DNA of 43,495 nucleotides. It comes from a virus. The translations under genes were made by a program, and so were the position numbers. The stretch lies in the UHGV virus genome UHGV-0404561; one strand, 5' to 3'. Below, in pieces: positions 17,843-26,434 of the stretch; within the stretch, counting starts at the first letter, position 1; the number at the start of each line of letters is the position of its first letter. The notes beneath the pieces are model-generated. The model was not told the origin of the DNA. It saw nothing but the letters and a program-made list of their open reading frames with translations, and made no database searches.

Positions 17843-18340
17843 TTAAAATTCTATGTCATTTGTATACTGAACTGTTACCGGCAGTACCCAATCCTGTACT
17901 GCGTTTTCATTTGGCTCCAGTCCGTATGAGTTATCGCGAGTGATTCGTTTTATAACCCGGCCTTCTGACAATGCCGGGAAAGTCGTAAGACGCGTTTGAG
18001 CACCATTTATTACTACCGGTTCATGGCACAGCCACTTCCCAAGAGTGTCGAGGAACTCTTGGGCGCTAAGCTTTAGCCTCTCTTTATTTGAGGCCGTCCG
18101 GTATACAACATAAAACGGGTACTGGCACTTTTGATGCCTGCCGCCGCATACGTCTTCAGTTTCGGCGTACACCAATGCGCCGTTATCAGCCGAAAAGGCT
18201 AATCCAGAGTCTTTAGTAAGCTCTTCAAATTTAATGATTTCACCATCCTTAAGACCTGGATATTGATTTAAAAGCGATTTAACGGCACGTGTCAAAATCT
18301 CATACCCGCTGGCATCCATGCCGATTGGCTTACTATCCAT
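17843..18340 (-). CDS. Head-tail joining / tail completion protein (putative)
   Basis: A 165-aa ORF between the minor capsid and major tail genes. Confidence 0.45.
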   Translation of the reverse strand: MDSKPIGMDASGYEILTRAVKSLLNQYPGLKDGEIIKFEELTKDSGLAFSADNGALVYAETEDVCGGRHQKCQYPFYVVYRTASNKERLKLSAQEFLDTLGKWLCHEPVVINGAQTRLTTFPALSEGRVIKRITRDNSYGLEPNENAVQDWVLPVTVQYTNDIEF

Positions 18341-18824
18341 GTTTTCCTCCTCCGGCTATGCGTTTAACGTCTTTAATCCATGTCTTTCCGTCCGCTTCTT
18401 TTGCAGCATCAAACCAGTGATCTTGCGCTTTAGGATGTGCCTGATGCGTGTAAGATATGTTTTCTCGAGCATTTGTCTTGCCAGTGTATTCACTCACAAG
18501 CACCTTCCGCGCTCCACGCCTCGCCCAAGGTGATCCGGTCTTTTCGTCAACCATGACTTTACCCTCGTACAGGTATCTGCCTTGTGGTCCATAAGCAGCA
18601 AATACTTTTCCTGTTCCCTGTTCCGCAGCACTAGCGGCTCTGGTTGTGTTTATAAAGCTGCCTGTAACCATTGGCATAAAGGGTACCATGCTATTCATTA
18701 CAGCACCGTCAAGCTGGTATTGTGCCCGCTTGTATTGCGTTTCAAAACGGTCATATCCTATCTTTACGTGTACATCCCCATCAACAACGGAAAAACCCTT
18801 AAAATGTCGTGTCTTTGAGCTCAT
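18333..18824 (-). CDS. Minor capsid / head-tail connector protein (putative)
   Basis: Position. FMPMVTG motif resembles minor capsid proteins of strepto/lactococcal siphophages. Confidence 0.5.
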   Translation of the reverse strand: MSSKTRHFKGFSVVDGDVHVKIGYDRFETQYKRAQYQLDGAVMNSMVPFMPMVTGSFINTTRAASAAEQGTGKVFAAYGPQGRYLYEGKVMVDEKTGSPWARRGARKVLVSEYTGKTNARENISYTHQAHPKAQDHWFDAAKEADGKTWIKDVKRIAGGGKHG

Positions 18825-19298
18825 TTACTTACCTAAAATTTCAAAATGAGGGATAACGGTATACGGACCACCTACACTGCTGACCTTATAAACATTATCC
18901 CTTTGGGTGTTCATATACTGATAAAATCCGCCAAGGTAATCATCATCCGTTACCGTTCCGCCCGTCCATTCTCCAAGCCAAAAAAAGTCATCTGGTCCAA
19001 ATGTTAGGCGCTCTGGCAGATCATCATTGACCTGTCTACTCCACTCTTTTGGTGCTAACCATAGCATAAAGCTGTCACCGCTTTGCCGTACCATCACATT
19101 GTCGCCGTCCGGAATGTAAGATATATGCAGCACAGCATTGTCAGAGCTGTCGGGACCGTATTTTTTTAAGATAGCGCCATGATCCGTTATCAGATCAACG
19201 CCAGGAAGGACATGCGGATACCAGTACACCTTGCCGGTTGTCAAGGATTCGTAGTAGTTAAAAACCGTCACTGTTTTGTCATACATAATATTTACCAC
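18825..19298 (-). CDS. Minor capsid protein (putative)
   Basis: DKTVTVFNYY-type N-terminus as in minor capsid proteins. Start at GTG 19298 or ATG 19286. Confidence 0.5.
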   Translation of the reverse strand: MVNIMYDKTVTVFNYYESLTTGKVYWYPHVLPGVDLITDHGAILKKYGPDSSDNAVLHISYIPDGDNVMVRQSGDSFMLWLAPKEWSRQVNDDLPERLTFGPDDFFWLGEWTGGTVTDDDYLGGFYQYMNTQRDNVYKVSSVGGPYTVIPHFEILGK

Positions 19299-19455
19299 CC
19301 ATTACACTTTGCCTCGTTAAGTTTGTCTGAAAAATGTTTTACCCTTACAATGTTTCCTTTACATTCCTCCGGCACACTGCCGTAAAATATAATGCTTTCC
19401 GGGTGCAATCGTTCCACCATTGCATTACATCCGGATAAGAATAGGCGTTTTTTAC

Positions 19456-19659
19456 CTATACTGTCATGCAGCCCACGGAAGATACCGCCACGGTTCCGCC
19501 TTCTGGTTCCGTTTTCGTCATAGTTTCCATAGGAGCCGTTGTCGAACCATCCCTATATCTGACATACTTAATATTTCCAGCCTGATATAACGTTTCGTAC
19601 TCTGTTCCATACGGCTTTCCCTTATCGCTCATACCACTTGCTGATCCGCAGCCACCCAT
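19456..19659 (-). CDS. Small G/S/T-rich hypothetical protein (67 aa)
   Basis: ORF. TAATG stop/start overlap with the upstream membrane-protein gene. Confidence 0.4.
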   Translation of the reverse strand: MGGCGSASGMSDKGKPYGTEYETLYQAGNIKYVRYRDGSTTAPMETMTKTEPEGGTVAVSSVGCMTV

Positions 19660-19928
19660 TACTTATTTATGCTCTGCTTATATACCTGGTTCACTCCTGT
19701 GGCTGCCAATCCATTGAACATTCCCACAGCAACCGCTGTAATGTAGTCCGATGCCGGGAAGTCTGGGATAACTCCCATTCCGACCGCTCCAAGAATTCCA
19801 CCAATAACCGCCATTATTACCGGAATCCATTCATCGGAGATTCTTTTTGATGCTTTACAGCCCATTCCTATGATGTAGCAGATCATAACGATTGCTATAC
19901 ACGAGCCTAATGTTGAAATGTCCATCAT
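19659..19928 (-). CDS. Small membrane protein with 2-3 TM helices, holin-like (89 aa)
   Basis: TM1 GSCIAIVMICYIIGMG, TM2 WIPVIMAVIGGILGAVGMGVI, TM3 ITAVAVGMFNGLAATGV, with a charged C-terminus KQSINK. Class-I-holin-like topology. Confidence 0.45.
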   Translation of the reverse strand: MMDISTLGSCIAIVMICYIIGMGCKASKRISDEWIPVIMAVIGGILGAVGMGVIPDFPASDYITAVAVGMFNGLAATGVNQVYKQSINK

Positions 19929-20221
19929 TCAGATACCTCCTCATAAGTTTTTTCAAAAATATCTGGTTTGCACGGATATAATTCTCCGTTTACACCCTGG
20001 ATAACATAATCACCAATAGATACATGATGATTGCCTTCCAGAGTTTTGATATACAATTCTGGAGTATCAGATGGTTTCGCCCTTGGAATGATATAATACA
20101 TTGTTCCTGCTTTAAAGGCTTTTACTGCCCAGTCCGGCACATAATACTTACCGTCCCTATCTTTTAAATCGCCATCATACTGAAATGCTTCAATTACAAC
20201 TGGTTTCTTTCTAAATTTCAT
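19925..20221 (-). CDS. Conserved hypothetical phage protein (98 aa)
   Basis: ORF. The KKPVVIEAFQYDG N-terminus resembles a widespread phage DUF. Confidence 0.5.
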   Translation of the reverse strand: MKFRKKPVVIEAFQYDGDLKDRDGKYYVPDWAVKAFKAGTMYYIIPRAKPSDTPELYIKTLEGNHHVSIGDYVIQGVNGELYPCKPDIFEKTYEEVSE

Positions 20222-20238
20222 TGATATACCTCACGCAA

Positions 20239-20613
20239 TTACATCAAATCATATTCGTTGAACACTTTAAAAATCTTCGGTGACTGAATAGCAAACCAGT
20301 CGACCATTTCTTCATTCACAGCCCAACTGTCAGCACTGTTTGAATTGGAATCAAGTCCAGATTCGAGCAGAAATGCATGAATGATTTCGTGTCTAACAAC
20401 CTGCTTCTGATAGCTTTCAAGGTCTGCCTTTGCTCCAATCTGTCCCTGCGATGCCTCCATATCATCAACCACAATTTCCCGTATTGATAAATCAGTATAG
20501 CCATCTATATTTGTCAGATTTGGATATTCTTTCTCGTTCCCGAATTTCACGTTCCATTCGGAGCCTAAGATATTAACCTTAAAATCCTGCATATAAAATC
20601 GGTATCCCTTCAT
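20239..20613 (-). CDS. Hypothetical protein with HExxH zincin-like motif (124 aa)
   Basis: VRHEIIHAFLLESG contains HEIIH. Confidence 0.45.
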   Translation of the reverse strand: MKGYRFYMQDFKVNILGSEWNVKFGNEKEYPNLTNIDGYTDLSIREIVVDDMEASQGQIGAKADLESYQKQVVRHEIIHAFLLESGLDSNSNSADSWAVNEEMVDWFAIQSPKIFKVFNEYDLM

Positions 20614-21073
20614 CCGTTCTTACTCCCATCAGAAGCGGTAAAGCTGTCTTGTAAAGTAAGTTGTTTGTTTTCTTCACATCTCCGGCGGCGGCATATACCG
20701 CACTCCATTCCTTTGCACTCGCTCCAATCTGCTGTGGCGTTGCGTAAGAGATGGATTCACTGCCGGATGATACAGATGTTACAATGCCTGTTGATTTGCC
20801 ACCGGCATTTGTGTCGGTCGCACTTGCTGATGCCTGATTGATTGCATTCTTTTCAGCAAGTTCAATCTGATACATTAATTCAGCCAATGAACAGACCGCC
20901 TTTTTTATACGTTTCTGCTGCCGATCATCGGACGGTAATCCGTCTGCCAACCGGTCAAATGTCAAGCTGTCAATAAAGTCACTTGCTCTCTCAGACATCC
21001 TCATAAAATCAGATTCCGGCACGACATTGCCGAAAAATGATTTTTGGTAAAACTCATAATCTACATATGCCAT
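20579..21073 (-). CDS. Head-tail connector / DNA-packaging (gp6-like) protein (putative)
   Basis: Position immediately downstream of the major capsid gene. Size 164 aa. Confidence 0.5.
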   Translation of the reverse strand: MAYVDYEFYQKSFFGNVVPESDFMRMSERASDFIDSLTFDRLADGLPSDDRQQKRIKKAVCSLAELMYQIELAEKNAINQASASATDTNAGGKSTGIVTSVSSGSESISYATPQQIGASAKEWSAVYAAAGDVKKTNNLLYKTALPLLMGVRTDEGIPILYAGF

Positions 21074-21088
21074 GCCGGAACCTCCTCA

Positions 21089-22255
21089 TTACTGTGCGGT
21101 TACAGTCGTATGACCTGCGCTCAGCGCTTTATATGTGCTGTCGCACTCAACTACAGTGATAACCTGGCCGTTGGCCGCTGTGATATCGCTCTTGCCGTCC
21201 CATGCGCTCCAGTTTTTCACATTCTGTCCATACTCTACAGTGGTCTCAGAAGATGCCACTTTGTACTTATAGACGTTACCAGCGTTGCCCTTTTCCGGAT
21301 TAACAGTAATCTTTGTGGTACCGCTGGATGATCCAGCTGTAGACTGTACAGTCAGATCGCCAAGAGTCTGAGATGCCCCAAATGTAATCACAGAAATAGC
21401 ATCCAGATACTCAGCAAACAGCACCATACCCATGATTGCAAATGCCTCAGATACAGCAGTGCTGTAGTTGCCCTGAGTATGGAAGCCGATCAGATTGGTT
21501 TCTCCGGACACTGTATAGGAGAGCCCAGCACGTGCAAAGTCGGAATCGCTTGGATCAACATAGTAAAGCACAATGTTGTCTACCGGTGTAGCGATCACCT
21601 TGCCGCGCGGGATCTCGCTGTCAGACAGCAGGAACACGGTATTGAATCCCATAAAATCTTTCAGATACTGGAATCCGAACTGATTCTGAACGGTGATGTT
21701 TGCAGCGCCAAGATACTCATATACGTCAAGGATGTTTACAAAACCTGCGATGCCGTTCGGAATGGAACGATGCATGTTTTTGAATTTATCCTCAACGCGG
21801 CCTTTTGCCATAGCAAGAGCCATCTGAAAAGTGTTCTCGGTAGAGGTAAGGGTACCGGTCTTAAGATAGGTGTAAAATCTTCCGGTTACATCCGTCTGGA
21901 GCTGGAAGAGGAACTCTTCATCTGTCATCTCCACAGCCACATCGTAGCCATAAGTCTTGATTGCCTCGATGGATACAGCCTTTGCGTACTTCTCCACATC
22001 CATTTCAGCATACTCTTTTTCTTTTACCTCGAATTTGGAGTACGGAATTTCCTCTCCCTCTGCGACCTTACCGCTCTGTAAAGTTCCGGTTGCATATTTG
22101 GATTTCAGAGTTGATCCCGGCTCTTTTTTTATCATTCTCAGCACACCAAGAATTTCGGATAAGTGCTCCCAGTTGCGTTCAAATCTGGTTACAAAATCTA
22201 CCTCTCTCGCGCGTACCTGAATGTTTTCTGTTTTTATAAGATTTGCTTTTGCCAT
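21089..22255 (-). CDS. Major capsid protein (HK97-fold type) with C-terminal Ig-like extension
   Basis: About 390 aa immediately after the scaffold gene. The C-terminal T/S/G-rich beta-rich segment (TKITVNPEKGNAGNVYKYKVASSE...) looks like a Big_2-type decoration. ATG at 22255 with RBS AAAGGG; the track ORF starts at 22297. Confidence 0.8.
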   Translation of the reverse strand: MAKANLIKTENIQVRAREVDFVTRFERNWEHLSEILGVLRMIKKEPGSTLKSKYATGTLQSGKVAEGEEIPYSKFEVKEKEYAEMDVEKYAKAVSIEAIKTYGYDVAVEMTDEEFLFQLQTDVTGRFYTYLKTGTLTSTENTFQMALAMAKGRVEDKFKNMHRSIPNGIAGFVNILDVYEYLGAANITVQNQFGFQYLKDFMGFNTVFLLSDSEIPRGKVIATPVDNIVLYYVDPSDSDFARAGLSYTVSGETNLIGFHTQGNYSTAVSEAFAIMGMVLFAEYLDAISVITFGASQTLGDLTVQSTAGSSSGTTKITVNPEKGNAGNVYKYKVASSETTVEYGQNVKNWSAWDGKSDITAANGQVITVVECDSTYKALSAGHTTVTAQ

Positions 22256-22316
22256 AAAAGTTAAGCCCTTTCTGCCCGTAATTTGGGCGCCAGTCAAATC
22301 ACTGGATTAACAACGA

Positions 22317-22952
22317 TCACTCAAACAGTGACATGTTGCTTGCAATCGCAGCCTGTCGTTCGCTTGCATCTTTAATGTCCATGATTTCTTTTTTGGTCAT
22401 CTTTCCACCCGGATGATTATTGCGGGTTATCCCCGTTGTAAATCTCGCCTGGTTCTGCATAGCGGTCTGCTGATCTTCATCAACAAATGCAGACGCATCG
22501 TCTTTTTTCATCTGATCCAGCAGATCATTAAGCCCCAGTATCTTTCCATCCTTAAGCTTAAGACCGGCGTCTTTGATGTCTGCCATAACAGCCTTTTTAG
22601 CAGCCTCGGAAGAGAATTTAACATCTTCCAGTGCAGATTTAAGAGCATCAGCAAAATCTCTTTCATAAATTTTATTGTTAAAATTTTTCTCTGCATCTGC
22701 TGCTTTTTGCTTCCATGTGTCGACCTCTGCCTTGACGTTCTCTGGATCAATGCCATCAAAGCTTTTGAGTGTAGCTTCTGCTGTCTCTGCCCGTTCCTTC
22801 CAACTGTCACGCTCACTTTCGACCTTTGACAGTGTTTTAGAAACTTCTCCGGCATTCTTGTAATGCTCAGACAATGCCTTTTTTACATCTGCCTGCTTAT
22901 CTTCTGGAATGTCAATACCAAATGATTTGAGTGTTTCAATGAGTTTCTGCAT
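22317..22952 (-). CDS. Capsid scaffolding protein
   Basis: A 211-aa acidic, coiled-coil, K/E/A-rich product directly upstream of the MCP. Confidence 0.75.
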   Translation of the reverse strand: MQKLIETLKSFGIDIPEDKQADVKKALSEHYKNAGEVSKTLSKVESERDSWKERAETAEATLKSFDGIDPENVKAEVDTWKQKAADAEKNFNNKIYERDFADALKSALEDVKFSSEAAKKAVMADIKDAGLKLKDGKILGLNDLLDQMKKDDASAFVDEDQQTAMQNQARFTTGITRNNHPGGKMTKKEIMDIKDASERQAAIASNMSLFE

Positions 22953-23028
22953 AGTATCCTCCTGGCCGTGTTTATTGACCTGCCGCCGCAGGTAATGGAT
23001 TAAGCCCGATAGACCACGGGCGGGGTAA

Positions 23029-23100
23029 CTCCGGCAGCCGGATTCGAACCAGCGCTATGAGAGTCAAAGTCTCATGCCTTAACCGCTTGGCAATGCCGAA
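23029..23100 (-). tRNA. tRNA-Gln (anticodon TTG)
   Basis: Manual fold: acceptor TTCGGCA/TGCCGGA (U1-A72), 3-bp D stem GCC/GGC, anticodon stem TGAGA/TCTCA with loop CTTTGAC, T-loop GGTTCGAATCC. Similar to Bacillus tRNA-Gln. No encoded CCA. Confidence 0.75.
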
Positions 23101-23172
23101 AGCTGATAGCCGGACTTGAACCGACAACATATTGATTACAAGTCAATTGTTCTTCCATTGAACTATACCAGC
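23101..23172 (-). tRNA. tRNA-Thr (anticodon TGT)
   Basis: Manual fold: acceptor GCTGGTA/TATCAGC, D arm GTTCAATGGAAGAAC, anticodon stem ATTGA/TCAAT with loop CTTGTAA, T arm GTCGGTTCAAGTCCGGC. Confidence 0.75.
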
Positions 23173-23176
23173 AAAA

Positions 23177-23250
23177 TGGACCGCCAGGGACTTGAACCCC
23201 GGACCACCCGGTTATGAGCCGGGCGCTCTGACCAGCTGAGCTAGCGGTCC
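23177..23250 (-). tRNA. tRNA-Met (anticodon CAT; elongator-type, tRNA-Ile2 not excluded)
   Basis: Manual fold: acceptor GGACCGC/GCGGTCC with G1-C72 paired (not initiator), anticodon stem CCCGG/CCGGG with loop CTCATAA, T-loop GGGGTTCAAGTCCC. Confidence 0.75.
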
Positions 23251-23253
23251 TAA

Positions 23254-23283
23254 AATGCCTGGCATGATTACATACCAGGCATT
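23254..23283 (-). terminator. Long hairpin (9-13 bp stem) immediately upstream of tRNA-Met on the minus strand, followed by TTTTA; a second short hairpin CTGCT-TAT-AGCAG + T-run lies at about 23315-23328
   Basis: The sequence aatgcctggcatgattacataccaggcatt is a near-perfect inverted repeat. On the minus strand it is followed by tttta, then the tRNA. Confidence 0.4.
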
Positions 23284-23577
23284 TACAAGTGGAAAAGAAA
23301 AACTCTGCTTATAGCAGCGGAATCCTCGCTGCGGTCGTAAGCCGCATTAACAGCCTATCAGCTACGAGGTGAAAGGAGGAAATTCAAGGCCAGTCAAAGC
23401 ACTTGAATTTTGATCTGGCAAGCGCACGCCGGAAATTTCATCCGCTTTTCAACCTCCAGGAATGGCCTGTTTATATTAAGGACGTGCGCGGGAGGTGTGT
23501 GAGAAAACCATGAAAAGTAACCAATCCTCTTCACATCTACATTCTACCATTTATCTATAAGTGCCTTGTCCACACAT

Positions 23578-24120
23578 CTACAGCATATCTCTAAGCTTAT
23601 CCACATAGCGCTTCACAAGATCGCGTTCTTCGCGGCATTCTGCGTCCTTTGACATATCACCGATTTCTGCCGTAAGCCCATCCAAGTGTTCCTCTAATGC
23701 GGCCAGCATTTTACGCTTACAGTCCTCTGATTTTCCGGATCGGTAGCTTTGCTTTTGAGTCATGTAATCATCATAAGCATCCCGTCCATCGCTCCGGCTG
23801 TAATGTCCACGCACATAATGCTCACCACGGCGCATATAGGATGATCCGCGGTCATAATCTGGCATTCGGCCATCAGAAGCGCTATAACGCCCCATGTTAT
23901 CACGTCCGCGGCGCTCGCTGTAGTCACCTACACGCATCTGTTCCAAAACGGTCATATAATACTCGCCCTTTTTATCCCAATACTCTGTGTTTTTAATGTC
24001 TTTATACATATCAATCAGCTTAAAAGCCGTGTCCAGATTGCCGGAGGTGAGGCCTTTTTCAGCAATGTTAGATATCTCATCTTCAATACGTGCACATAAA
24101 TCTTTAATATCTCTCATCAT
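23578..24120 (-). CDS. Hypothetical protein with R/G/Y/S/D-rich low-complexity centre (180 aa)
   Basis: ORF. Central RRGRDNMGRYSASDGRMPDYDRGSSYMRRGEHYVRGHYSRSDGRD segment. Structured termini. Confidence 0.5.
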   Translation of the reverse strand: MMRDIKDLCARIEDEISNIAEKGLTSGNLDTAFKLIDMYKDIKNTEYWDKKGEYYMTVLEQMRVGDYSERRGRDNMGRYSASDGRMPDYDRGSSYMRRGEHYVRGHYSRSDGRDAYDDYMTQKQSYRSGKSEDCKRKMLAALEEHLDGLTAEIGDMSKDAECREERDLVKRYVDKLRDML

Positions 24121-24129
24121 CCCACCTCC

Positions 24130-24552
24130 TTATGCTACCCGTGTTACCACAAGATTTGCATTTGCTACGGTGATAGCCTGGGTACTGGTATTCTCTACCG
24201 CAACATTAAAGCAGCATCCGCGCGGCACATCAATAAAGATTCCGGCAGATACGTTGTTAAACGCTTCTACCGCGGTCGGTGTGGAAATCATCTGGGACGA
24301 TAAGACAGGCTCACCGCCGATTGCAATAGCAAGAGAAATTGCTTCCGCTGTTCCTCCGGTCGGCACTGCGATATTCGCAGAAAAGCTAACAAAATAGCGG
24401 GCCTTGCACTGATTAGTCATTCCTCTGAGGGTAACAATGCCGCTGCCTTCCCGGTGCTGCACGCATGCGGTTCCTTTTACAGCGGTGTTGGTATACACCA
24501 CGTTTCCGTTTGCTGCCACTTCCTGAGCGGCAACAGCTAAATATTCAGCCAT
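24130..24552 (-). CDS. Small A/V/T/N-rich beta-rich protein, possibly BclA-C-terminal-domain / TNF-like fold (about 140 aa from MAEYLAV...)
   Basis: ATG at 24552 with RBS AAGGAG. Composition and the C-terminus ...ITVANANLVVTRVA are reminiscent of exosporium BclA C-terminal domains. This is a weak, by-eye assignment. Confidence 0.4.
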   Translation of the reverse strand: MAEYLAVAAQEVAANGNVVYTNTAVKGTACVQHREGSGIVTLRGMTNQCKARYFVSFSANIAVPTGGTAEAISLAIAIGGEPVLSSQMISTPTAVEAFNNVSAGIFIDVPRGCCFNVAVENTSTQAITVANANLVVTRVA

Positions 24553-24689
24553 ATTGTTTTCTCCTTTTTCATATCGCAAAAAGGCAGGTCTAAGCCTGCC
24601 GATTTGCGTAATACCGGCATTGCGCCGAACATCCAACCATATTGCCGATGTCAGGAATATGGTTGGAAGATACAGATATGATGTTGTTG

Positions 24690-25466
24690 TCAGCAGTTAC
24701 AGCCCGTATTGCAGCCGTAATATACGTTCGGGTTCGGCACCTGGTATGCCGGAATCGGTGCCGGATTGATCGCATTAATGAGCTGCTGGGTCTGTGCTGC
24801 CATAGCGGTAGTAAGCAATGCACTCTGACGATCCTGAGATGCAGCACGTCTGAGATCATTGTTTTCAGCCTGGAGGGAAGAAATCTTCTCATTGCACAGG
24901 TAGTCCAGAATAGCTCTGGTTCCTGCGTTCTGGCTGTCGATAATGTCTCTGGTGTTGTTGTTCATGGTGTTCTGGAGTGCACAGGTGTTCTGCGCCATGT
25001 TGTAATTTACGCCCTGGATTGCTTCCCGGGTCTCGCAACAGCACTGAGCAAGCTGCGCCTGGAGTGCGTTAGTGTTCTGCATGTTGGCTACAGTGTCGGC
25101 GTTAATAGCCTGCTGGATGCCGAAGCCAGTCTGCATGACGTTTGTATTGATGCCGTTGAATCCGGTAAGCATACCGTTATTCATGGCATAGAAGCCATCA
25201 CACAGGCCGCTGGACAGGCCGTCCAGTTTGCTGATAACTGCCTGGTTGTCAAAGCCACGCTGGATCGCAGAATCGGTGTATGCGCTTCCGGCTGCTCCAC
25301 CTCCGCCGTTTCCCCAGCCATTGCCGTTGCCCCATCCGCAGAAGACGAACAAGAACAACACAATGAGCCACCAGGCACCGTCTCCACCAAACATTCCATC
25401 GTTGTTTCTTCCGTTTCCGGTTAAAAGAGCAACGTCAGAAGCTGTTAAGTTTCCATCCATAATCAT
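24690..25466 (-). CDS. G/N/Q-rich membrane-anchored protein with a Cys-rich C-terminus (258 aa)
   Basis: TM segment WWLIVLFLFVFCGW followed by GNGNGWGNGGGGAAG. Long N/Q/T-rich region with CCCE. C-terminal YYGCNTGCNC. The same strand as all neighbours; the antisense 260-aa ORF is judged a shadow. Confidence 0.5.
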   Translation of the reverse strand: MIMDGNLTASDVALLTGNGRNNDGMFGGDGAWWLIVLFLFVFCGWGNGNGWGNGGGGAAGSAYTDSAIQRGFDNQAVISKLDGLSSGLCDGFYAMNNGMLTGFNGINTNVMQTGFGIQQAINADTVANMQNTNALQAQLAQCCCETREAIQGVNYNMAQNTCALQNTMNNNTRDIIDSQNAGTRAILDYLCNEKISSLQAENNDLRRAASQDRQSALLTTAMAAQTQQLINAINPAPIPAYQVPNPNVYYGCNTGCNC

Positions 25467-25636
25467 TTAATCTCCTTTGATGTATTTACATTGATTTGGC
25501 CAAATCATAATGTACTTATTTTACGAAAAATGCTATAATATATATGTACGGATAGGGTAGCTCCCGAAAGTCTCATGTCCTAGAGATTTCCGTACATTGT
25601 TTATAGGACACGCACTGAAAGGACAGGTGTTATTTT

Positions 25637-26188
25637 ATGAAAGAAATATGGAAAGATATATCCGGCTATAATGGATTATATCAAGTCAGCAACTTAGGTA
25701 ACGTAAAAAGTCTGAATTATAACCACACCGGAAAGCCTAAGAATTTGTCTATAAAAAAGCATCATACAGGCTATAGAATGGTTACATTGTGTCGCAATAA
25801 AACACATAAAAACTTAAACATACATTTTCTTGTGGCACACGCTTTTATCGAAAACCATGATAATAAACCATGTGTAAATCATATTGACGGCAACAAAGCC
25901 AATAATTGCATTTCCAATTTGGAGTGGGTTTCTTATAGCGAAAACACAAGACACGCCATAAGAACAGGTTTAAGGGCTGATTCTAATATGATTGGTCGAA
26001 AAGGGCGATTGAATCCGCTTAGTAGACCAATTTATCAGTACACAAAATCAAGTCAGCTTGTTAAAAAATGGCTGTCAATATCAGATGCAGCAAGGAATTT
26101 GAATTGTTCGCCATCATCAATTATAAATAATGCAAAAGGGCGAACAAAAAGTTTACGTGGATATATTTGGAAATATGAGGAAGATTAG
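25637..26188 (+). CDS. Free-standing HNH homing endonuclease (NUMOD4 + HNH_3 + C-terminal NUMOD1-like DNA-binding motif)
   Basis: WKDISGYNGLYQVSNLGNVKS is NUMOD4. HFLVAHAFIEN...VNHIDGNKANNCISNLEWVS is HNH_3. C-terminal ...SISDAARNLNCSPSSI...RGYIWKYE. AT-rich, on the opposite strand, with its own terminator hairpin at about 26170-26200. Confidence 0.85.
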   Translation: MKEIWKDISGYNGLYQVSNLGNVKSLNYNHTGKPKNLSIKKHHTGYRMVTLCRNKTHKNLNIHFLVAHAFIENHDNKPCVNHIDGNKANNCISNLEWVSYSENTRHAIRTGLRADSNMIGRKGRLNPLSRPIYQYTKSSQLVKKWLSISDAARNLNCSPSSIINNAKGRTKSLRGYIWKYEED

Positions 26189-26200
26189 TCTTCCTCTTTT

Positions 26201-26434
26201 TTATTTCATGCCGCCCAGCATCCGTTGAAACTGCTGTGCCATCTGCTGAGCCTGATCAAGCTGCGCCTGTGATATTCTGCCAGACTGCAACATCTTTTGT
26301 ACCTCAGCTTTTGGGTCTCCCTTAAAGTTTTGCTTAAACTGCGCAAACTGCTGCATCATCTGCATGGGGCCGTTGCCGCCCATCGGCATGCCGCCGAACA
26401 TTTGGAATAATGGGTTACTCATCTGCTGCCGCAC
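26201..26434 (-). CDS. Small Met/Gln-rich protein (77 aa)
   Basis: MRQQMSNPLFQMFGGMPMGGNGPMQMMQQFAQFKQ...AQQMAQQFQRMLGGMK. An extreme M/Q bias is visible directly. Confidence 0.45.
   Translation of the reverse strand: MRQQMSNPLFQMFGGMPMGGNGPMQMMQQFAQFKQNFKGDPKAEVQKMLQSGRISQAQLDQAQQMAQQFQRMLGGMK

Noticed and set aside
21479-22239. Several 87-200 aa plus-strand ORFs inside the major capsid gene
   Set aside because: They are antisense to a well-supported structural gene with implausible compositions. Treated as shadow ORFs, as are 2659-2880, 3002-3494, 13548-16198, 38821-39066 and similar.
23341-23577. tmRNA / SRP RNA / 6S RNA in the non-coding stretch upstream of the tRNAs
   Set aside because: No tRNA-like 3' end, tag-peptide ORF or conserved SRP domain IV motif could be recognised by eye. 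Left as an unassigned candidate ncRNA.
24642-25424. 260-aa plus-strand ORF antisense to the 24690-25466 gene
   Set aside because: It is fully embedded antisense in a GC-rich segment and has C/V/R-rich, protein-unlike composition. All neighbours are minus-strand, so it is treated as a shadow ORF.
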